64,000 nt of DNA, taken from assembly GCF_039654945.1 (NCBI RefSeq), contig NW_027361722.1:4402001-4466000 (forward strand), given 5' to 3'. Under the pieces are notes generated by a model. That model did no database searches, was not told the origin of the DNA, and worked only from the letters and a program-made list of their open reading frames with translations. The first letter of the stretch is position 1. Every line of letters starts with the position of its first letter. Position numbers and translations under genes: made by a program. Origin of the DNA: Dendrobates tinctorius. Its lineage: Eukaryota. Below, piece after piece: positions 49,153-60,512 of this stretch.

Positions 49153-51847
49153 TAAAATGTTTGTGAAAAAAAGTTAAGTTTATTTTTTCCTTCCACAGTC
49201 CATTCATTCATGTGAAGCACCTGAAGGGTTAATAAACTTCTTGAATGTGGTTTTCAGTACATTGAGAGGTGCAGATTTTAGAATGGTGTCACTTTGGGGT
49301 ATTTTCTGTCATATTGACCCCCCAAACTCACTTCAAATGTGAGGTGGTCCCCAAAAAAATGGTGTTGTAAATTTTGTTGTTTAACCCTTATAACTTCCTT
49401 AAAAAAAAAAAAAAAAATATATTGCAGATGTAAAGTAGACATGTGGGAAATGTTATTTATTAACTATTTTGTGCGATATCACTCTCTGATTTAAGGGCAT
49501 AAAAATTAAAAGATTGAAAATTGTAAAATTTTCTAAATTTTGGCCAAATTTCGATTTTTTTTTTTTAACAAATAAGCGCAGTTCATATCTAAGAAATTTT
49601 ACCACCATCATGAAGTACAATATGTCACGAGAAAACAATGTCAGAATCAGCAGGATCCGTTGAAGCGTTCGAGTTATGACCTCATAAGTGACACTGGTCA
49701 GAATTGAAAAAATTGGCCCGCTCACGAAGGCAAAAACAGGCTCGGGTGCGAAGGGGTTAAGGTGGATTTCACACAAGTGCAGGCTGTGATGCACAGAACA
49801 GCTGCAGGTCCCTTGACTCGAACGTGACAGCCAAATATATGCCCAAGAGGCTGTTAGGAGACAGTCAGCCGGTCCGTGCATTGCAGACTGCTGCATTAAT
49901 TCCGTCTAAACGTAATGGTGGATTTGCAGACCGTCACACCGTTTGCAACACATTGGTGAATCCTCGGGATGCCCAGAATCTCCTCCAGGCCCTGGTGGGG
50001 TCTGTTTACACCCCCCTAGTACAGTCCGCTTTCCATACATTGCACTGTGACTAATTCCCCAACAATTAAGTACAACCACTTCTACGTACCCGGGGTGAGG
50101 AGCTCACAGATCGGATTTCCCTGTTAAATTGTTAATAGATGTCAGCGCTTGTGGGAGATAACACAGGACAAGTCACCTACGCCATAGTCCAGGCCGGCGG
50201 CGGAGTCACCTCCTTCCGTTCTCACGCAGAACGTGTAAAAGATCAATGCTGAAAACCGCGCTGGACACGACAGACTGACAGATCGATCGCGGTGACCACG
50301 GAGGACACCACTCAATCAGGGGTGCAGTACTGGATGGCAGAGCCTCGCATCATCATCGGTTACAGTATGGTTTCCCAATTCTTAATGGGCATTAATCACT
50401 GCTCCATCACGTTGAGTGGCCCTAAAGTGTCATTAAAACGTCAGTTTCAGACAAGCACTGACAAGTCGGGGTTCTAAGGGCCCAAATTCACTACGTCATG
50501 GGGATTTCACGCTTTTCTATTAGAAGGAAAGAAATCCAGAACAGAAATGAACATGCAGAGGGCTCCACACCGCCACGGTTCTGCAGCTGCATGGACGCTC
50601 TGCGTTTTTCTTCCATGTGGAGGAGAACCCAAAAAAGTTACGGCTCAGCAGCAAACTCCATTGCTAGCGGCCTCCAAGGATTTATCCAGTACAGCCCTGC
50701 AAGGACAAATGCCAGAAATGTCCGAGGAGGGAATAAATGGATGGATTTGTGCCGAATCGCACTCGAAATGCGAGTGTCAGCGACATGACAGGTGCGCTTA
50801 CCGATCGGTCGTACAGCTGGGACCTGCACAGATCGGTGAACTTATCCTCGTTACAAAGTGGCACGGGAGGCTGCACGCCCGAAAACTAGCGCAGCTCTCG
50901 GTAGCTCCATAGAGAATGAATGAAGCAGCGTCTCCCCGTACTGACGGTCAGTGCATGCTCCGGCGGTCAGATCCCCCATCGATAAACGAGCTACCGCCTA
51001 TCCTGCACAGAGATAACATCCGCCTACTGTAGAGGTGACAGTTCTCATCCTCTGTGGTGTGAATTAACCCCAAAGCTTAGGTCACCCGATGCAGGTTTGC
51101 TGCAATTTCAGGTCAAGGATAACAAAACTCCAGTAAAGTATGAACCAGGCCGTGAGGAACATCCCAAAACTAACTTCACTGACACATCCAGCACCTGCTC
51201 GGGGTGTCACTTTAAAGGCACATTCACACAGGTCAAATTCACAGAAACATCTTCCCATTGAGAAACCTGTTGCATGATACAAAAGCAAGATTCTGTGTAA
51301 TATCTTAGGAACTTCATTCACACTCCGCAGAGAGAACCTGCAGAAAAAGGTGAAAGGGAGGAAAAAAAAAAATACTATGTAGTGTGGAAATTCAGCAGTG
51401 TTCATGCACCTACTGTCCGGCCGTGTCCACACAGGACAGAAATTACATCACAGATTCGCCAAGATCTCAACAAAATTTTAGCAACCTGGATTATCACCCC
51501 AGCAGCTGATTCCACAGCGCCTAAGTCTGACAACTCCGGGAAATGCGGAAGAGCAAAGGGAGGAGACGGGAAAACATTTGTGGATTTCGCTTTGGATTCC
51601 TTGAAAACGGCAAGAAACCGGATTCAGAGGAAAATCTGAGGCAGAAACTAACAGATCAGAAATCCAAACCCCACCTCAGATTCTGCACAGAAATCTCCAC
51701 ATCACCTGGGTGGAATCTCGCGGGTCTCTGATTCCACCATTACTGTTTTCAGTTATGGATTTTTTTGCATGAAAATTTGCAATTATGGGAAGTTCCCTCA
51801 TTCTATACAAACGGTCTCTAACCTGCAGTGCTCTAACTTGCAGCCCA

Positions 51848-53640
51848 ACAACCACCGTCCACCGACCTCCCAACAACCGCCGACCTCCACCTCCCAACAA
51901 CCGCCGTCCGCCACCTCCCAACAACCGCCGTCCGCCGACCTCCACCTCCCAACAACCGCCGTCCGCCACCTCCCAACAACCGCCGTCCGCCGACCTCCAC
52001 CTCCCGTCCCGACAACCACAGTCCGCCGACCTCCACGTCCCGACAACCACACAGCCCGCCGACCTCCACGTCCCGACAACCACACAGCCCGCCGACCTCC
52101 ACGTCCCGACAACCACACAGCCCGCCGACCTCCACGTCCCGACAACCACACAGCCCGCCGACCTCCACGTCCCGACAACCACACAGCCCACCGACCTCCA
52201 CGTCCCGACAACCACACAGCCCGCCGACCTCCACGTCCCGACAACCACACAGCCCGCCGACCTCCCGTCCCGACAACCACAGCCCGACGACCTCCACCTC
52301 CCGTCAACCACACAGCCCGCCGACCTCCACGTCCCGACAACCACACAGTCCGCCGACCTCCACCTCCCGTCCTGACAACCACACAGTCCGCCGACCTCCA
52401 CCTCCCGTCCTGACAACCAGAGTCCGCCGACCTCCACCTCCCGTCCTGACAACCACAGAGTCCGCCGACCTCCACCTCCCGTCCTGACAACCACAGAGTC
52501 CGCCGACCTCCACCTCCCGTCCTGACAACCACAGAGTCCGCCGACCTCCACCTCCCGTCCTGACAACCACAGAGTCCGCCGACCTCCACCTCCCGTCCTG
52601 ACAACCACAGAGTCCGCCGACCTCCACCTCCCGTCCTGACAACCTCACAGTCCGCCGACCTCCACCTCCCGTCCTGACAACCTCACAGTCCGCCGACCTC
52701 CACCTCCCGTCCTGACAACCTCACAGTCCGCCGACCTCCACCTCCCGTCCTGACAACCTCACAGTCCGCCGACCTCCACCTCCCGTCCTGACAACCTCAC
52801 AGTCCGCCGACCTTCACGTCCCGTCCTGACAACCTCACAGTCCGCCGACCTCCACCTCCCGTCCTGACAACCTCACAGTCCGCCGACCTCCACCTCCCGT
52901 CCTGACAACCTCACAGTCCGCCGACCTCCACCTCCCGTCCTGACAACCTCACAGTCCGCCGACCTCCACCTCCCGTCCTGACAACCTCACAGTCCGCCGA
53001 CCTCCACGTCCCGACAACCTCACAGTCCGCCGACCTCCACGTCCCGACAACCTCACAGTCCGCCGACCTCCACCTCCCGTCCTGACAACCTCACAGTCCG
53101 CCGACCTCCACCTCCCGTCCTGACAACCACACAGTCCGCCGACCTCCACCTCCCGTCCTGACAACCTCACAGTCCGCCGACCTCCACCTCCCGTCCTGAC
53201 AACCTCAGTCCGCCGACCTCCACCTCCCGTCCTGACAACCACACAGTCCGCCGACCTCCACCTCCCGTCCTGACAACCACACAGTCCGCCGACCTCCACC
53301 TCCCGTCCTGACAACCACACAGTCCGCCGACCTCCACCTCCCGTCCTGACAACCACACAGTCCGCCGACCACCTCCCGTCCTGACAACCTCACAGTCCGC
53401 CGACCTCCACCTCCCGTCCTGACAACCTCACAGTCCGCCGACCTCCACCTCCCGTCCTGACAACCTCACAGTCCGCCGACCTCCACCTCCCGTCCTGACA
53501 ACCTCACAGTCCGCCGACCTCCACCTCCCGTCCTGACAACCTCACAGTCCGCCGACCTCCACCTCCCGTCCTGACAACCTCACAGTCCGCCGACCTCCAC
53601 CTCCCGTCCTGACAACCACACAGTCCGCCGACCTCCACCT
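51848..53640. repeat. GC-skewed minisatellite (32-38-bp units) in NAA50 intron 1
   Basis: Unit CCGCCGACCTCCACCTCCCGTCCTGACAACC(T/A)CACAGT, with shorter variants toward 51850. Confidence 0.96.
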
Positions 53641-53669
53641 TCTGGAGCTTCCTGTGCCGATTATCAGAC

Positions 53670-54250
53670 CCCAATAATACACGTGACATTCCTCAGAGCA
53701 GATTGTGTCCCGGGCCCCGCACACACAGGCCGGCCTCCTGTAACTACACCCGGGCCCAGGCTCACGGGACATGACAGCTCACCCCTTCATGGCGGCAGCG
53801 GCTCGGAGGCCCGGGCTGTACGATGGTGCGCTCAGGGCGGAGGCTCAGTCCCGGGTGTCGCTGGTGACAGTTCTCCCCCGTCTCTGAGGTAACCTGGGGT
53901 CTCTCTCCTCCTCCCCCACCACCTGCACCACGTGACCGGCCACCCCACACTCCTCTGAATGGCGCGAAGGCTCCCAAGCCGGGGAGAACGGTGCACGCAT
54001 GCGCAGATCACGCTCCAATCACCGCGCCCGAAACCAGGAGGCAAATCCGCGGCTGCGCAGGGTCAGAACCAATCGGAACCCGATATGGGGAGAAACGCTT
54101 TACGCAGGCGCGTTGCGGGACAACGTGACAGCGGCGGCCATTAATAGAAAGACGCGCATGCGTAGTAAGGAAAAGTTCGTGGCAATCCGGAGCGTGGGAG
54201 CACGCATGCGTAGTGTGTAGCTCGTAGTCTGGTAGCACGTGAGCCTTTTA
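53670..54250. promoter_or_regulatory. NAA50: NAA50 CpG-rich promoter (possibly bidirectional)
   Basis: CpG-rich; CACGTG E-boxes (~53680, 53928, 54236), NRF1-like CGCATGCG (~53996, 54155, 54203), CCAAT (~54015, 54069), YY1-like GCGGCCATT (~54135). Confidence 0.75.
53783..53790 (-). CDS. NAA50: NAA50 exon 1 coding part (ATGAAGGG)
   Basis: gccgccATGAAGGG|gtgagc: Kozak context and donor; exon sum 8+137+120+67+181 = 513 nt = 170 aa + stop (MKGSRIEL...). Confidence 0.93.
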
Positions 54251-54755
54251 TCTCCTTTTTTTATATTCAGCACAGATGTTGCAGATTTCCTGGGAAACAT
54301 AGAGTTAAATAACAGCAATTTTCTACTTCTGACAGGATCTATTCTCGAGGCCGGTGTATGATCCCAGGGCACATTCACCCCCGGGCTGCACGGCAGAGCT
54401 GATGGGTCCCTCCCGGCATGAAATGCTGGCTGTGTCCAGAGGAGGCGCTGTCAGTGCTCTCTATACAGCGCGCTGATTGAATGCCGCGTCCTCTGACCGT
54501 ACAGCGGCTGCCTCGCTGCAACACCCGGGATCTGAGATATCTCTGATCCTGTCCATCAGTAGTGGCAGAGGCATCTCTGAGAGCTGCTAGGGTTTAATGC
54601 CTTTCGGATCCACTTTCCATGGGAAACAGGTAAAAATGGCACCAAAACTTCACCCACAATTTCTGCTGAATGTAGAAATTCCCCATATGCGGCTGTACAG
54701 TACTGCTCAGCCTCACAGCCAGACTCCGGAGGGAAGGAGGAGCGCCCCTGGCTAA

Positions 54756-55244
54756 GGCTAGTTTCACATTTGCGCTTTATGGCGCAGCGACGGCCTGCGC
54801 ACGGACGCCGCTAAGCCCCGCCCCCTGCCGGCTCCCTGCCCGCCCCTTCCGGTCATCGCCGCCTACTAGCGCACATGGGCGCTTGCGAACTGCGCACCCT
54901 ATCTTTACCATAGGGTGCGCAGATTGTGCGCTGGAAGTGTGCAAGCAGGATTTTGCCGTGCGCTGCGCACTCTTGAAGGTGCGCCGTGCGCGCCGAAATG
55001 CAACATGCTGCGTTCGGCGCATAAGGGCGCACCTTCAAAAGTGCGCAGCGCACGGCAAAATCCTGCTTGCACACTTCCAGCGCACAATCTGCGCACCCTA
55101 TGGTAAAGATAGGGTGCGCAGTTCGCAAGCGCCCATGTGCGCTAGTAGGCGGCGATGACCGGAAGGGGCGGGCAGGGGGCGGGGCTTAGCGGCGTCCGTG
55201 CGCAGGCCGTCGCTGCGCTATAAAGCGCAAATGTGAAACTAGCC
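54756..55244. mobile_element. Almost perfectly palindromic Harbinger-type MITE (489 bp)
   Basis: TIR GGCTAGTTTCACATTTGCGCTTTAT..., TAA duplication; arms complementary over >200 bp, giving mirror ORFs on both strands. Confidence 0.93.
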
Positions 55245-55454
55245 TAAGCAGTATGTTATATTTGAGTGCAGAATTCTCTAGAATAGTTTGCTGATTCCGT
55301 ATAAAGAGCCCCTGAGTGCTAGAAGAGCGGAATCCCCCCTCAAGTGACCCCATTTTGGAAACTATAATCCTTTGGGAATTTATTTACAGGTGTATTGCTA
55401 GACTTGACTCCAAGGTTATTTTCCAGAAAGAAGTAGTAGTGGATGTTGCTGTTT

Positions 55455-55950
55455 CCAGTAGGTTGTAGTGACCAGTACGTCGTAGTGACCAGTACGCTGT
55501 AGTCTCCAATACGCTGTAGTCTCCTGTATGCTGTAGTCTCCAGGTCGATGTAGTGACCAATACACTGTAGTCTCCAGTATGCTGTAATCTCTAGTACGTT
55601 GTAGTCTCCAGTACACTGTAGTCTCTAGTACACTGTAGTCTCTAGTACCTTGTAGTGACCAGTACGTTGTAGTCTCCAGTACACTGTAGTGGCCAGTAAA
55701 CTGTAGTCTCCAGTATGTTGTAGTGACCAGTACGTTGTCTCCAGTACGTTGAAGTCTCCAGTACACTGTAGTGACCAGTACGCTGTAGTCTCCTGTATGC
55801 TGTAATCTCTAGTACGTTGTAGTCTCCAGTGTGCTGTAGTCTCCAGTACGTTGTAGTCTCCAGTACGTTGAAGTCTCCAGTACGCTGTAGTGACCCGTTC
55901 ATTGTAGTCTCCAATATGTCATAGTGTCCAGTACGCCATAGTGACTAGTA
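55455..55950. repeat. ~19-bp minisatellite (CCAGTACGCTGTAGTCT-like) inside a larger repeat
   Basis: Tandem variants of TCTCCAGTAC(G/A)(C/T)TGTAG; the flank GTGACCCCATTTTGGAAACT is the reverse of a motif in the 41160-49756 element. Confidence 0.8.
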
Positions 55951-56613
55951 AATTAGGCAGGCTCTCATCACTACAGAAATGCCAAACATGTGGGCGCTAT
56001 ATGTGGTTTAGGTACACTGGGGCTCATAAGAGAGGGGGGGGCATTTGGATTTGGGAGTGTAGAATTTGCTGAATTACTTTTGTGGGGCAAGGAGCCTTTT
56101 CATTTTTCCAGAGCATTTGTACCAGTAACGTGGAAGCCCCCTATATTTCGGTTAACAGATGACAGAACTGAGTGGAGACTTGCTTTTTTGATGGATTGAG
56201 TAGAAGCTTTTGTTAGGAACATTTTACGTAACATTTGGGATCACATTATCCGGCGCTCTACGCTGTGCACTTACTTTGGAGTTTCCATCTAAGGCTGGAG
56301 TCACACACAACGTCGAAAAATACGGCCCGTATTGTACGGCCGTAATATGCATAAATGGTCCCTAAATACTGATCCGTATGTCATCCGTTGTCTGTGTGGC
56401 CGTGTATTTTTCTCATGTAAGCATCTGTATGTGATCCGTATAGCGTTTTTTTCTCGCAACCTTGCAAAATGGACATTTAACGGTTTTGAGGCCTGCACAT
56501 GATTTAAATCATCAGCACCAACCCTATTTATTGCCTCTACACCAGGTGGCAGCCTCCAATCTGCCCATTTTGGTGCTCTGCTTTTGTGGGGGTCTTGCTG
56601 GTTGTTAGCAAAC

Positions 56614-56948
56614 ATGTCAGACACACTGCAGTTCACCCCAACTGAGTGTGTTCTGTTCAACTGGGTTTTGTCCCGGCGCTTTGTCCAGCCATACCCCGTG
56701 ATTGTGGATCCGAGGAGGAGGAGACGAATATGGGTGCATCCGCATTTTGGGCAAAGCCTCAATAAAGGCCATTTTCACAGGCTTTATGCAGCTCTGAGGA
56801 CACATCCTGACAAGTTTTTCCTCTATTGTCGGATGACCGTTTCTACCTTTGATGTTTTGTTGGAGACAGTGCGCCCAGGGATCACCTTCCAGGACACCCG
56901 GATGCGCAAATGTATCTCTGCGGAGGAGCGGCTTCTCCTTATGTTACG
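56614..56948 (+). CDS. Harbinger transposase exon 1
   Basis: MSDT...RRRIWVHP...GHFHRLYAALRTHPDKFFLYCRMTVSTFD...DTRMRKCISAEERLLLML(R); donor CG|gtatgt. Confidence 0.85.
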
Positions 56949-57027
56949 GTATGTATTTCTCAGCTACAGAATGTATGTAGATGATTAGTTTACAAAAGAA
57001 TTCTCTTACTCAGTCACCCCTGGTACC

Positions 57028-57543
57028 TGTAGGGATTCGCTCTGGCAGTAACGAGGCAACACACAGGCATAAAGTCCAATTCCAGTGGTTTTAATGTCAC
57101 TCAGTAACCAGCAGCGTAACAAAACATAAGGAAAACCATACACATACTCCAGCTTGGAGAACCACTGGTCCCAGACTCACCCCTTACACAGGACAGGCAT
57201 AACTAAGCGGCTGCCAGGTCCTGCGGCGTCTGCCAGGTGCCATTCCCGGGGTTCTTCCAAGTCTTGCTGCGACAGTCCTGCAGCACGGGGATCCTGTATA
57301 TAAGTTTCAGGCTGAGTCCACACAAGTCCCTGTAGCTTCCAGAAACACACACACTGTGGCAATTTACCAACCTCCATTACATAGGGCCCAACCCCTCCCA
57401 CCAGTGGGATAGACATCACATGTGCTGATCACGTGACCCTCACATCATCGCAGGTCCCGTCTTTAGGGAAAAACCCGGCCAAACATTAATCTGCTGGGAG
57501 AAACATATCTCCCATCCAGTAAAACACCCTTTACTGTACCACA
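57028..57543 (-). mobile_element. Solo LTR (516 bp) in the transposase intron
   Basis: TG...CA termini with TACC 4-bp duplication (57024-27, 57544-47); minus-strand TATA-like (~57300) and ATTAAA (~57092). Confidence 0.8.
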
Positions 57544-57727
57544 TACCAAATATATGCTCTAAAGGTTAGAACACTTTGATGTGTTATTCCACATTACCTC
57601 GCCGTGGGACATGTGTATATGTATTGTTCGCCTAGCTTCTTACACACTGTTCTGGTGATCTATATGTAATGTGTGCATCCTTTAGCATGTATTAATGTAT
57701 ATATTTTCGACATTTGTTTAATTGTAG

Positions 57728-58724
57728 GTTCCTCACAACTGGCCTTTCTTATGCCGCACTCCATCTGGAGTTTTTGATTGGGCGATCGACGATATCCGGC
57801 ATCGTTCGTGCTACATGTTCTGAAATCTGGTCCAGACTTCATCATCTGGTCATGCCAGAGCCCAAGATAGGAAACTGGTTGAGGATTGCCAGGGGATTTG
57901 AGTTGCACTGCCAATTCCCCAATTGTATTGGAGCCCTGGATGGGAAGCACATCCGTGTGCGTAAGCCGCCGAGCTCAGGGTCCCAATTCTATAATTACAA
58001 ACAATATTTTTCTCTAGTTTTGTTGGCTCTGGTTGACAGTAACTACAGGTTTATAATTGTAGACATTGGGGCTTATGGAAGAACTGGAGACTCTCGAGTC
58101 TTCAATTCTTCCATTATGGGTCGGCGGCTGCGCAATAACCAGTTGGACCTACCACCACCATGTCAGCTGCCAGGCTCCAATCAAGAAGCGGTGCCTTATG
58201 TCCTAGTGGGGGATGAAGCCTTCCAATTGACCAGGCATGTCATGAGGCCATACCCGCGCAGAAATATTGACCACCGGCGCAGGATTTTTAATATGCGCCT
58301 TTCACATGCCCGAAGACTGGTGGAGTGCGCCTTCGGCATTCTTTGTGCCCAATGGCGTGTCCTCCAGTCTGCCATTCAGCTGAGTGAAGCCAACGTCGAT
58401 GAGGTCATCAAAGCATGTGTGGTCCTCCATAACTTCACTAGACTGCATGATTGCTCCTCATCTGATGTGACTGAAGGTGTGGTGGACAATGGGGATAGGC
58501 CTAGGCCACATGTGCTCCCTTTACGGCGTCCTCTCTCAGGACTCAAAGCACATGATGTCTTCACCCAGTATTTTGTTTCACCTCATGGTGCTACTACCTG
58601 GCTGTATCTATGTTGTGATGTTCTTATGTGTGTGTATATAAATCTATTTTTTGTCTGTTCTATGATTTGTGTGTTCGGTTTATATGGGCTAAAGTTGACT
58701 TACTTATTCGAATGCCTAAAATAA
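57728..58724 (+). CDS. Harbinger (HARBI1-like) transposase exon 2
   Basis: tgtag|G TTC joins in frame; FPNCIGALDGKHI, GAYGRTGDS, VGDEAF, RRLVECAFGIL keep the DDE residues; the C-terminal tail may be read-through. Confidence 0.9.
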
Positions 58725-59353
58725 TTCAAGAAGAGGGCCAAAGGTGCATTTTAATTTTTTTTATAAATGCAAAAAATAACTTAGAATACTGTTGACCATA
58801 TTTTGGTCATATGGCAGATATTGCCCTGGCCATTTAGCCTTTTCTGTATAGAACATTATATTATTTGGACACCCAAGTAGGTAACAAGAAATACTAATTT
58901 TCTAACACAAAAACATAAACAGCTTTTTGTTTTCATAACTGCTGGTAGCTTGGCGGAGGTGATGGCGGGAGGCCTTCATCTCTCTGTTGGGGGTTGAGGT
59001 GCCCAGCTTGACCATCACCCTGTTGGGGTGAGTCTGGGCCCTGTAGGAATATGTGTCCATGGTCATGTAGCTGCGCACCAAAGAGACCATAAGGATACTG
59101 TCGATTAAAATCCTGTGAATGTAGCCACGTCCATCATACCCCCCTAATATGACCATGTCGTCCAAACCCAGGTTGGGGCCAGCCTCCAACACCGGGTCTG
59201 TAAAAGTGGCCATATTGGGCAGGTTTGTTATAGGCTGCTATTTGGCCCTGTTGTTGCCAAGGTTGGTTTGGGGGGGGGGGGGGGGATGGGTGGAGGTGTA
59301 GGCACACGTGCAGGCGGAACTTCAGATCCTAACTGAGCATGCACATCTGGTTG

Positions 59354-60512
59354 TCAGGCAAGGCGGAGACGGTTACGAGTTGAGAGCTGCCACCTCTCAA
59401 GATACTCAAACAACTCATATGGGTCATTGGGGTGTGTGCATGCATCAATTAGGATCTGAATGGATCCTCGCACACGTAGCCTCATTTCACGGGGTAGGGG
59501 ACGGAGGTACCAGGCCAGGCTTCGGGCATGTGCCTCTTCACCCTCATCCTGGGCAGCCCTGGACAGGTAATTGAGGACACCTGTGTCTACATGCCTCCGG
59601 GTTTCAGAGGCAGTGTTGTCTCTTCTCCGTCTCCCGTGGCGGCCTACGGCTGCAGGCTGGGGGGACCCCTCATGACGGCCAGTAGGGCTGCTGCTGTTGC
59701 CGGGGTCTTCTACGTTGCTGGCTGCTGGTGGCTCTGCTGGTTCTGGACCAGGTCCAGAACCTGATGCTGGTGGAGCTTGGGGGTGGCAAACACTCGGGTC
59801 AGAACATGGGCCAGCCACCTCTTCACATCCCCCCCGTCCGGGTCTATAATGGGCTCAGTGTCCGACCCTGTCTCCCTCTCTGTGAGGATGGACTGAGTTC
59901 TGTTAGGAAATGTACAAAAAAAACAAATGTAGCTCTGACCCTAAAAAGCAAATGTGTCATGTGGTGTGATGTCTGTACGTACGGTCTGAGATCCATACTG
60001 GGTGCCAAAAATGACAAGCGGTCAAAGTATATGTATTTCCGCTTGGTCGGCGCTGCTGCCCCACTCCTGGCCCTCTGCTGTCTTACCTGCCGGTACTGGT
60101 CGCGGATGCTGCGCCAGCGTCTCATCACATCCTCAACTGCAATGTGAAGTGAAAAGGGACTGTAACCTTTGGGAATTGTGCCAAGCAATATTCCCTACAT
60201 TTCACATAGTCACGTGGCCTAGTAGGGGCGTTTTTAGCTAAATTTTTCGTTAGCAAACCGGGAGACCTACATACACAGTCTAGGATTGTAGGGGCTACTT
60301 TTCAAAAAGCTCACTTCTGGCCTTTACTTACGAATTTGTTGTTGCTCCTCACGTGGCCGTTGGGCAAAGTCTGGGAACATGTGCACACATGTGCGCCTCC
60401 ATGCCGCCTCTTTTCTGGACCTGTCGGAATAATGGGCATCCCGTTGGTCCCAAAGTTCAGACCTTTCCTGGACCAACACAATTAGGAGCTCCACATTACT
60501 GTGGCCAGACAT
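59354..60512 (-). CDS. Harbinger accessory MADF (Myb/SANT-like) + BESS-like protein; exons 60512-60332, 60136-59983, 59899-~59354; one frameshift
   Basis: ELLIVLVQERSELWDQRDAHY...AAWRR, LEDVMRRWRSIRDQY, SGAAAPTKRKYIYFDRLSFL, then ARSLAWYLRPLPREMRLRVRGSIQILI; splice phases fit; G7 run at 59829-35 shifts the frame. Confidence 0.8.

Larger units (their letters stand above)
41160..49756. mobile_element. TTAA-flanked (piggyBac-like) non-autonomous element hosting nested insertions
   Basis: TTAA|CCGCTTCCCGACCG ... CGGGTGCGAAGGGG|TTAA (imperfect TIRs); internal hairpin (41400-41457 + 47662-47785) and ~389-bp subrepeats. Confidence 0.55.

Noticed and set aside
51676-53689. Long Arg/Gly/Val-rich and mucin-like PTTTQ ORFs
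   Set aside because: Minisatellite translations open in several frames on both strands.
54853-55158. Identical proteins encoded on both strands
   Set aside because: A direct consequence of the palindromic MITE.
57714-58724. Host gene HARBI1
   Set aside because: It lies within TIR-bounded DNA together with a MADF partner and a related MITE, so it is a transposon copy rather than the domesticated gene.
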